DNA of 64,000 nucleotides from Candidatus Nealsonbacteria bacterium (GTDB lineage Bacteria; Patescibacteriota; Minisyncoccia; Minisyncoccales; JANBVM01): NCBI GenBank assembly GCA_026016225.1, contig CP061210.1, positions 517,882 to 581,881 of the forward strand, read 5' to 3'. Shown piece by piece: positions 26,583 to 34,015 of this stretch (position 1 is its first letter; each line of letters starts with the position of its first letter). The notes under the pieces were generated by a model. It saw only the letters and a program-made list of their open reading frames with translations, ran no database searches and was not told where the DNA came from. The position numbers and the translations under genes were made by a program.

Positions 26583-27434
26583 TTAGATTGGCATTGTCAG
26601 GACTTTTAACCTTATAATATTCAGGGATTTTTCCTTCCTAAAAATCTTTTCTGTCCCTTTATTATCTTTCTTTCTCGTTCCGTATTTTATATGGTACTCT
26701 ATTCCCCTATTCTGACAGAAATCAATAACTTTATTTGCACGCCCTTGATAAAAAGCCCCACTATCTTTAAATTTGCTTGAGTTTACATTATAATTCAATT
26801 TTCCAAATATAATCTTATCTACAAAAGATATTTCTTTCAAAATTTCTATTAAATTTTGTTTTACTAAATTCGGTGTAGGATAAGGCTCCATACTAACCCA
26901 AGTTTTTAAACCTTTTTCATGTAAAAACTTCAATGATTCTATTCTTTTTTTATAAGAAGCAGAATATGGTTCAAATCTCCTTTTAAAATCTTTATCTAGT
27001 GACACAATAGTGATACCATATTCATTATCTCTTCCATATTTTTCTCTGCTTATTAGAGTTTTTGGATATACTCCTTTTGTTAATACAACACAGCGAATAT
27101 TATCCTTGTTTAATCTCTCAATTATTCGTAAAGTCAAATCTGAAACTTCTGGATATTTATACATAAAAGGATCTGTTGAGAAGCACAAGTGAACAAATCG
27201 AATCTTTTTTTTATATTTAGGAATTTCTTTCTCTAATAATTCTAGAGCATTCGATACGATTTTTGGTTTTATCCAATCAGCATAATCTTTTATGACACCA
27301 CATCTTTTTTTCATCATCATAGCATAACAAGGAAATTTACAACCGTGAGCACAACCTTCAACATGGTTTATACAAAAATCACCATATTCCACGCCACTTT
27401 TATATAATAATGTTTTACGCTTTATCTCTTTCAT
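26583..27434 (-). CDS. Radical-SAM-like protein (SplB/COG1533-like) with variant three-Cys motif CX3CX3C
   Basis: 283 aa. N-terminal CINHVEGCAHGCKFPCYA, one residue longer than canonical CX3CX2C. Downstream FSTDPF..E, VLTKG and two EP-containing segments resemble the SplB-like radical SAM fold. Confidence 0.5.
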   Translation of the reverse strand: MKEIKRKTLLYKSGVEYGDFCINHVEGCAHGCKFPCYAMMMKKRCGVIKDYADWIKPKIVSNALELLEKEIPKYKKKIRFVHLCFSTDPFMYKYPEVSDLTLRIIERLNKDNIRCVVLTKGVYPKTLISREKYGRDNEYGITIVSLDKDFKRRFEPYSASYKKRIESLKFLHEKGLKTWVSMEPYPTPNLVKQNLIEILKEISFVDKIIFGKLNYNVNSSKFKDSGAFYQGRANKVIDFCQNRGIEYHIKYGTRKKDNKGTEKIFRKEKSLNIIRLKVLTMPI

Positions 27435-27446
27435 AGTTACATTATA

Positions 27447-28517
27447 TCATTTTTTAGGAGTAGAAACAGCTAAAAGATTATCGTCGTTTATTCTGATTTT
27501 ACCAGTATCACTATATATTTTACTTACCCTCATTAATTCTTTGACAACTTGATTATAATCGCTTTCTTTAAATCTCAAAAAATATTTCTTCATGAATTCT
27601 TCTTTTATTTTCTTTCTGGTTTTCGGTTTATTCTTTAAAAAATTAAGAATTTCACCTTCGAGAAAGACTAAATCCTTTCTCTTATCTTTAGGAAAAATAG
27701 CGATCAGTCTACCCTTTGTATAAAATTCTCTATAAATATCCCCCATTCTGTCATTCATTAACCTGAAGCCATCAAAATGAGAGGTAGCAAATATTAAGTG
27801 GTATTTGGCCAAAAGCTCATCTTTATACATCACTGGACAAGAACCAACATAAGTAAAAAATTCTTTGTATTTACTTTTATAAAGTTCTATAATTATTCTT
27901 TCTTTCTCATCTCTTGTAATTTTATCGTCTTCTAATATTTCTCTATAGTAATTACCCCCCATTACTTCATCGGTTAAGGTTGGGTTTATCTTATATTCTC
28001 TCAGCAGTGTTTGGTAGTTAAAATTAATTAACACTTCTGTTGAAATAATACGAACCTTATCAAATATTTTTTTGAGGTTATCAAATTCTAGTCCTTTTAT
28101 ACCAAACGGATCTATATAGAAAAATGTAGGACAATTTTTTGTTATTTTTATTATTTTCGGTGTAATCTTATTAAAGTCACCCATAAATAATATTGCTGTC
28201 TTTTTATCCACAAATTCTTTTAAATTCCTTTCTAATTTTTCAAAACAATCTCTATCTGAATCAATTAAAATTACAACAGCTTTAACGCCTGTTTTCTCTA
28301 TTGTCTTACAAATAATAAAAGGAGAGCCCTCACTTCCATCATCATATAGCCCAGGCCCGGCAAATCCATCCACAATGGTTATTAATTTACCTAAGCGACT
28401 AACTTTTGTTAAATAAGGCACTAAATACCATCCTAAAATTCTGTCTTTAGCTAAAGACCATGCTCTTTTTCCCTTGAAGAAATCTTCTGGTTTTATAGCC
28501 ATAATTTCATTTCTCAA
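27447..28517 (-). CDS. Methyltransferase-fold partner protein (resembles three-Cys-motif partner protein TcmP, from memory)
   Basis: 356 aa, TTG start with GAGGA SD. Motif-I-like IVDGFAGPG and motif-IV-like FYIDPFG. 12 nt from the three-Cys gene. Confidence 0.4.
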   Translation of the reverse strand: MRNEIMAIKPEDFFKGKRAWSLAKDRILGWYLVPYLTKVSRLGKLITIVDGFAGPGLYDDGSEGSPFIICKTIEKTGVKAVVILIDSDRDCFEKLERNLKEFVDKKTAILFMGDFNKITPKIIKITKNCPTFFYIDPFGIKGLEFDNLKKIFDKVRIISTEVLINFNYQTLLREYKINPTLTDEVMGGNYYREILEDDKITRDEKERIIIELYKSKYKEFFTYVGSCPVMYKDELLAKYHLIFATSHFDGFRLMNDRMGDIYREFYTKGRLIAIFPKDKRKDLVFLEGEILNFLKNKPKTRKKIKEEFMKKYFLRFKESDYNQVVKELMRVSKIYSDTGKIRINDDNLLAVSTPKK

Positions 28518-28581
28518 TTAATTCCTCGACTTTTTGTTTGCACTCTATAATTCAAAGTCTTTCCAGTTACTAAAATAACTT

Positions 28582-30456
28582 TTAATTTCTTTTGATAAAT
28601 TGCTTTCTTGGTTTTTTTCTGGGATAAATGATTCTTGTTTCTATATTATCTTTAGAAATTGCAGAGATAAAAGGAGATGGCTTTAACTGATAAGATGCTT
28701 TCTTGAATGTGATTTTTGAAGATCTCGTTCTTGAACTAAAAAGATACAATTCCTTTTTAGCCCTAGTCATTGCGACATAAAATAACCTGCTTTTTTCTTC
28801 AATATTATTATTTGAATCAGGAAATAATTCTTTTGAGAGGCCTATAACAAAAATTATATCTGCTTCCAATCCTTTACAGCTAGGCATGTTATATATCGTG
28901 ATAGGATTATAAGAGCTAATTGTATTACTTCCACTAAGTTCATTTATCCATTCCTTGATTTCAGATACTAGCTCTAATGGATTTTTCCCGGGAGCTACAA
29001 AGAGTCCACTGGTGGCTAAAAAATCTAACAGACCTGTTTTTTTTGTACCACGATTTTTAATAAGCTCTTTCAAAATATTTAAATTATTATTTAATTCTTT
29101 CAAGAATTCGCTGTTTTGTGACTCTTCGATTAAAATTTTATACAATGACTTTTTTCTTTCGACTTTCTTCCATAATTGTGCAATAAGATTACTAGCCCTA
29201 TCTCTCTTTAAGATAATTCCGCATTTTTCTTCATTAATTTTTTTTGTAAATCCATCGTAGTTTTCAATTATTAAATCAATTAAATACCTTAAAGCGATAT
29301 TGTCATTTGGGTTGTTGATCCAGTCTGTTAAGACAGTAAATCTTACCAGGCCTTGATCGCTTATATTAAATTTATATTTATACTCTAGCCCACGTTTCTG
29401 AAATTCCTCTTTTAGAACAGGAAGATACATTTTGTTAGGAATAATAATTTTAATAGTATTTGTTTTTATCTTCTCTTGTGAAATTGCTGCAATGATTTGG
29501 GCCTCTTTTTTTGCAGTGGGAACTTCACAAAATATAATTTTATTGTTAATTTTGATTTTTTCACTAAATTTTGGTTTTGGTTTTATAACTGCATTCTTGT
29601 AAAATTTATTTATCATTGATTTTGCCCCTAGTAAAATGTGTTTAGGACAACGCCAGCTTATAGATAATCTCCCAATTTTAGGATTTTTAGGAAAATCTTT
29701 TTCGAAATTGCGAATAAATTCAGTGGATCCGCCACGAAATGAGTAAATACTTTGTTCATCATCTCCTACTACGAACAAACCCTCTTCTTGGTTTTTTGAT
29801 AATAATTGTATTAATTCAAACTGTGCCTTATTGATATCCTGGTATTCATCCACTAATAAAAACTTTGTTCTTTGTTTCCACTGATTTCTAAGATCTTTAT
29901 CTCCTCTTAATGCTTCACAAGCTAATAAAATTAAATCATCGTAATCAACTCGAGTGCATTTCCGAAGTATCTTTTTGTATTCATCACAAATTTTACATTT
30001 ATCTCGTTCTGCTTTATTACATCTTCCCTTTAAACGACAATCTTCCGTGTGCTTCCAATTGTCTCTATCATAGCCAGCTAAATTTGTCGCGTCCCGAAGA
30101 AGTACTCTTTTGGGGCTTTTTTCAATTAAAATTTTGTATTTCTCTGGTAAATCAAAGCGACGACACGATGAGCCTATAATCATATTGCCCAAATGATGCG
30201 TAGTTGAAATAATTTCTGGATATTTACTTTTATCTAAATTAATATCTTTCTCTGCAAGTCTTTCTTGCATGTTTCTCGTAGCTGATTTTGTAAAAGTTAT
30301 AACGGTTATTTCATTGGGATTAACTTTCTTCTCTTCAATTAAAAATTTTATCCGTAGTGCTAACTGATATGTTTTGCCCGTACCAGGACCTGCTAATAAT
30401 AGAATGGGGCCAGGAAATTCTTTATAAGAATTTAGTGGTTCTTTTATTTCTATCAT
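28582..30456 (-). CDS. UvrD/PcrA-like superfamily-1 helicase with Cys4 insertion
   Basis: 624 aa. Walker A AGPGTGKT, motif II-III LLVDEYQD, VVGDDEQSIYSFRGG, C-terminal YVAMTRAKKELY. Cys-rich insert CRLKGRCNKAERDKCKICDEYKKILRKC. Confidence 0.8.
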   Translation of the reverse strand: MIEIKEPLNSYKEFPGPILLLAGPGTGKTYQLALRIKFLIEEKKVNPNEITVITFTKSATRNMQERLAEKDINLDKSKYPEIISTTHHLGNMIIGSSCRRFDLPEKYKILIEKSPKRVLLRDATNLAGYDRDNWKHTEDCRLKGRCNKAERDKCKICDEYKKILRKCTRVDYDDLILLACEALRGDKDLRNQWKQRTKFLLVDEYQDINKAQFELIQLLSKNQEEGLFVVGDDEQSIYSFRGGSTEFIRNFEKDFPKNPKIGRLSISWRCPKHILLGAKSMINKFYKNAVIKPKPKFSEKIKINNKIIFCEVPTAKKEAQIIAAISQEKIKTNTIKIIIPNKMYLPVLKEEFQKRGLEYKYKFNISDQGLVRFTVLTDWINNPNDNIALRYLIDLIIENYDGFTKKINEEKCGIILKRDRASNLIAQLWKKVERKKSLYKILIEESQNSEFLKELNNNLNILKELIKNRGTKKTGLLDFLATSGLFVAPGKNPLELVSEIKEWINELSGSNTISSYNPITIYNMPSCKGLEADIIFVIGLSKELFPDSNNNIEEKSRLFYVAMTRAKKELYLFSSRTRSSKITFKKASYQLKPSPFISAISKDNIETRIIYPRKKPRKQFIKRN

Positions 30457-30480
30457 AATTATTATATCGATTTATTCTTT

Positions 30481-31008
30481 TTATTTCATAAAACCTTTTG
30501 TTCCAATTTGGTGTCCGTAATATTCTTTCATAATAATAATTCTCTCAAAAGCAACCCTTAAAGTATGAATTAAGCTTTTAGATTCTTCTCGGCTAATTAT
30601 GTCTTCAGGCGAACTTATACCATTTGGTTTTATATCAACATAAAGAGCCTTCATTCTTTTTTTAACTGACGGGATTTTAATTACAATATATTCCTCGTCT
30701 TCCAAATCTCTATAATCCTCGGCGTCTAAAGACGCCCATCTTACCCGACCGATTTTTCTGTTATGGTCAGTATAGTGTTTCCAGAAATCATCTTCTTTAA
30801 TAAAACCAGTCCAAACATCTGCGGCAAGCTGTGATTTAGAAACTTCTTCCAGTCCAGTAAAAGCGAGAAAATACGCCCGTGCGTATTTTTTTCTCTCAAA
30901 TAAAAGTTCTGCTTCTGAAAGCAACTCAACCGCGTTGTTATGCGCAGAAGCATAAATTGAATAGAAATTCAGCTTTTTATTCTTGCTTAATGATTTTAAT
31001 TTCTTCAT
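30481..31008 (-). CDS. AbiV-like abortive-infection family protein (tentative)
   Basis: 175 aa. N-terminal helical region ARAYFLAFTGLEEVSKSQL recalls the AbiV family consensus as remembered. Needs HMM confirmation. Confidence 0.35.
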   Translation of the reverse strand: MKKLKSLSKNKKLNFYSIYASAHNNAVELLSEAELLFERKKYARAYFLAFTGLEEVSKSQLAADVWTGFIKEDDFWKHYTDHNRKIGRVRWASLDAEDYRDLEDEEYIVIKIPSVKKRMKALYVDIKPNGISSPEDIISREESKSLIHTLRVAFERIIIMKEYYGHQIGTKGFMK

Positions 31009-31079
31009 TGGTTAAATCGTATAGTTTATAAACCAATTTATCAATTTTCTGTTCGTATCCAGCGACCTTATTTTGTTTT

Positions 31080-31541
31080 TCAAGCATCTTTTAATTTATA
31101 TTTCTTTTTATAAACTCTACCTGTAGCATCTTTAAACCATGCGTATTTGATAGTGGTTTTCATTTTCTGGCAATCTTGTTTTATTTTTTTCTTACTAAAC
31201 CATTCCTGGCATGATTTTCCTTCTGTTAATTCTATAGGTAATTCTTTCGGCTTTGCGAAAACGATATTATGGCCATTCTTAAGATTAAATCCTGCCGACT
31301 TAAGCGTTACTGGTCGTCTTCCCTTATTTACGGCCTCAAGAAAAATATATAAATTTTTATCTACCTGATTCCCATATATTAAAAACCCATGGCTTATTTT
31401 TACTTTTATGCTTGCTCTATCCCGTAAAAGTGTAATAGCCCCCAAAATAATGCTAGAAATAAGACTAATTGTTGCCACGACTGCTCCATACCAAGCTATT
31501 ATATCAGCAGAAATTTCAATTTTTATTACTGCGGGATTCAT
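31080..31541 (-). CDS. Membrane-anchored hypothetical protein
   Basis: 153 aa. Single N-terminal TM (AWYGAVVATISLISSIILGAITLL), then a basic soluble domain. Confidence 0.4.
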   Translation of the reverse strand: MNPAVIKIEISADIIAWYGAVVATISLISSIILGAITLLRDRASIKVKISHGFLIYGNQVDKNLYIFLEAVNKGRRPVTLKSAGFNLKNGHNIVFAKPKELPIELTEGKSCQEWFSKKKIKQDCQKMKTTIKYAWFKDATGRVYKKKYKLKDA

Positions 31542-31548
31542 TTAATCT

Positions 31549-31701
31549 TTTATTTCTTAAAATCCTTTAATGTTTTTCTTTTAACCGGCCATTTTGCTGC
31601 AATTATGCGGCCGTCTTTCATTTGACAATAGCTAATCATGCCATAAACTTTATGTCTAGCGAGCTGTAGAGCTTTTTTATCTTTGAAATTCACTTTAGCC
31701 A
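31549..31701 (-). CDS. Small hypothetical protein (50 aa), first gene after the operon promoter
   Basis: Minus ORF MAKVNFKDKKALQLARHKVYGMISYCQMKDGRIIAAKWPVKRKTLKDFKK. Not in track. Confidence 0.25.
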
Positions 31702-31755
31702 TATTTAGTATTACTTTTTTTGATTAATTCCTCGACTTTTTTATTTTCTACCTTC

Positions 31756-31784
31756 AAAATAGCCCTATTCTTCAAAAACGTCAA
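31756..31784 (-). promoter_or_regulatory. Promoter-like motif TTGACG-N17-TATTTT (conserved family), candidate promoter of the 31.7 to 26.6 kb operon
   Basis: rc: TTGACG tttttgaagaatagggc TATTTT. Spacer matches the other four family members at most positions. Confidence 0.45.
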
Positions 31785-31818
31785 TGTAAATAAAAACAGC
31801 CCAACAACGGCTTTTTTA

Positions 31819-32061
31819 TTAAAATATTAATTCCAAAACAACCTTCCCTATTACGGCTATAATAACTCCAATTATTATTTTACCCCACCACTTATTATAC
31901 CATCCCTCTTCTTGTATTATTTTCCTATAATCGCCTCTAGTTATTTTTATCCCATTCTTGCCGTTAAATAATTCCACCTCTTTAACATCTGTTCTTTCAA
32001 ACAGATCTATAATAACTTTAATTTGCTCTGGATTAACTAATAAATTGCGTTTCTTCCTCAT
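31819..32061 (-). CDS. Hypothetical protein with C-terminal TM helix
   Basis: 80 aa, C-terminal hydrophobic IIIGVIIAVIGKVVLELIF. Confidence 0.35.
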   Translation of the reverse strand: MRKKRNLLVNPEQIKVIIDLFERTDVKEVELFNGKNGIKITRGDYRKIIQEEGWYNKWWGKIIIGVIIAVIGKVVLELIF

Positions 32062-32069
32062 AAAAATTC

Positions 32070-32396
32070 TTATTTTCTCTTGGGTGGATTCAACTTTCTC
32101 CCTCTAGCTGATTCATAATCTATTCCCTTAGGAGATACTTTTGCAATCACAGGAGTTGCATTATCTCTCGCAGCACTTTGTTTTAAGCGTCCTAAATCTT
32201 TAGAAGAAGGACTTGCGGGAGTACCACTTCTGGTTGATTTAACTTGAACATTCCATTTTGTTCCTGAAGGAAACTTTGCTTTAATATCTGCTGCTCCTTT
32301 ACTTCCCGGACTTCTAGTTACTTTAGCGCCACGCGCTCTAAGAGATTGAGCCACTTTCTGTTCCCTTTTTGCTCCGTATTTTGATTGACTTGTCAT
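32070..32396 (-). CDS. Small basic PD-(D/E)XK-like nuclease (Hjc/Mrr-N-like fold), tentative
   Basis: 108 aa. GAKREQKVAQSLRARGAKVTRSPGSKGAADIKAKF...WNVQVKST parallels the Hjc/Mrr-N core. GC-richer than neighbours. Confidence 0.3.
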   Translation of the reverse strand: MTSQSKYGAKREQKVAQSLRARGAKVTRSPGSKGAADIKAKFPSGTKWNVQVKSTRSGTPASPSSKDLGRLKQSAARDNATPVIAKVSPKGIDYESARGRKLNPPKRK

Positions 32397-32459
32397 TTTT
32401 TTAAAAAGTTTAATTTTTTATATCTCCGACCTTTTAAAAGTTTTCCACAGTTGACATCG

Positions 32460-32488
32460 TTGTATGTTCGGTTAATGTTCGGTATAAT
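32460..32488 (+). promoter_or_regulatory. Promoter TTGTAT-N17-TATAAT with two direct ATGTTCGG repeats in the spacer (candidate LexA-type operator)
   Basis: Perfect TATAAT at 32483..32488, 17 nt spacer, TTGTAT -35. A TTGACA lies 9 nt further upstream. ATGTTCGG at 32464..32471 and 32475..32482 contain the GTTC half-site of Gram-positive-type LexA boxes. Gene ATG at 32522. Confidence 0.4.
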
Positions 32489-32521
32489 ATAACAATATCA
32501 ACATAAAAAAGAAGAGTCAAT

Positions 32522-34015
32522 ATGTTAACGAAAAGGCAAAAACAAATTCTTAATTACATAGAAAAATTTATAAAGGCAAAAGATTATTCCCCTTCTCTAG
32601 AAGAGATAAAAAAGCATTTTAGACTAGCCTCGAGGTCAACTATCCATCAACATATTGAAACCCTGAAGAATAAAGGATATTTAGAAAACCAACCAAGAAT
32701 TATAGAGGTATCAAATAATAAAAATTCTGATTTAATAAAAATTCCAGTACTTGGTACTATCGCCGCAGGAGAACCAATTGAAGCAATAGAAAGTCCAGAA
32801 ACTATTAAAGTACAGAAAACTTTGCTCTCAAAATCTGGAGAGCACTACGCTTTACGAGTTCAAGGTAACAGTATGATAGATGAGGGAATATATAATGGAG
32901 ATGTTGTGATTCTAAGAAAACAGCCGGACGCTGAAAATGGAGAAACAGTGGTGGCTCTGATTAATGATAATGAAGTAACGCTAAAGAAAATTTATAAAGA
33001 AAAAAATGGATTTCGACTTCAACCTGCAAATCCAAACATTAAACCAATTTATACGAAAGAATTAATTATTCAAGGAAAAGTTATTAGTGTTATTAGAAAT
33101 TTTAACGAATTGAAAGAGAAAATAAAAACAGAAAAAAGCATAAAACCTAAAAAAAATAAAATTTCAAAAAAGAAAAACCTAAAGAAGCATTTAAATAAGG
33201 TGTTCTTTGGAGACATAATGGATCTTTTAAAAGATTTACCAGATGAAAGTGTTAATATGGTATTCGGAGATCCTGATTACAATGTTGGAATAAAATATGG
33301 AGATAAAACTTATACTAAAAACTTTAATGAATATATAAATTGGTATATCGAATTAACAAAAGAATCTATGAGAGTTCTAAAAAAGGATGGAAATTTGTTT
33401 ATGATGAACTACCCAAAACAGAATGCTCATTTAAGAACAAAATACTTAGATAATATATATCCTTTCATTAATGAGTATATATGGGTTTATAATACTAATA
33501 TAGGCCATAGTAAAAAACGCTTTACTACAGCACACAGAAGTATCCTACATGTTAGAAAATCAAAAAATAATAAATTTTATAAGGATAATATAGCTCTTCC
33601 TTATAAAAACCCGACAGATAGAAGAATTTTAGAAAATTTGAAAAATGGATCAAAAGGCAGAATGCCCTACTCTTGGATTTATTTTGATTGGTTTTATTTT
33701 GACCTTGTCAAAAATGTAAGTAAAGAAAAAACTTATCATGCCTGTCAAATACCTCAAAAACTCACAGAGATGTTAATAAAATCTTGTACGATACCGAACG
33801 ATATAGTTTTTATCTTGTTCGGAGGAAGTGGTTCTGAATTAGAGGTATGTAAAAAACTAAAAAGACAGTATATCTCTACAGAAATTGATGAAAAATATCA
33901 TGAAATGATTCTTGATAGATTACAAAATGGTTATATTAAGAAGAAATATAAATTACAGCTTAGAAATCCTATAAGACCGAAAGAGAGCTTATCGCTCTTT
34001 AATAAAGAGGAATAA
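32522..34015 (+). CDS. LexA-like repressor (wHTH, Ala-Gly cleavage site, S24 peptidase) fused to beta-class N6-adenine/N4-cytosine DNA methyltransferase
   Basis: 497 aa. Residues 1-195 form a full LexA-like repressor (detail in finding at 32522..34015). Lys-rich linker. C-terminal 270 aa carry MTase motif IV (VFGDPDYNV) ahead of HACQIPQKL...ILFGGSGSELEV...STEIDEKY (motif I), the permuted order of the N6_N4_Mtase family. Confidence 0.75.
   Translation: MLTKRQKQILNYIEKFIKAKDYSPSLEEIKKHFRLASRSTIHQHIETLKNKGYLENQPRIIEVSNNKNSDLIKIPVLGTIAAGEPIEAIESPETIKVQKTLLSKSGEHYALRVQGNSMIDEGIYNGDVVILRKQPDAENGETVVALINDNEVTLKKIYKEKNGFRLQPANPNIKPIYTKELIIQGKVISVIRNFNELKEKIKTEKSIKPKKNKISKKKNLKKHLNKVFFGDIMDLLKDLPDESVNMVFGDPDYNVGIKYGDKTYTKNFNEYINWYIELTKESMRVLKKDGNLFMMNYPKQNAHLRTKYLDNIYPFINEYIWVYNTNIGHSKKRFTTAHRSILHVRKSKNNKFYKDNIALPYKNPTDRRILENLKNGSKGRMPYSWIYFDWFYFDLVKNVSKEKTYHACQIPQKLTEMLIKSCTIPNDIVFILFGGSGSELEVCKKLKRQYISTEIDEKYHEMILDRLQNGYIKKKYKLQLRNPIRPKESLSLFNKEE

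Noticed and set aside
32451-32456. TTGACA hexamer as the -35 of the LexA-MTase promoter
   Set aside because: Spacing to the perfect TATAAT is 26 nt, too long. TTGTAT at 32460..32465 gives the canonical 17-nt spacer, so TTGACA is more likely part of an upstream element or a second weak promoter.
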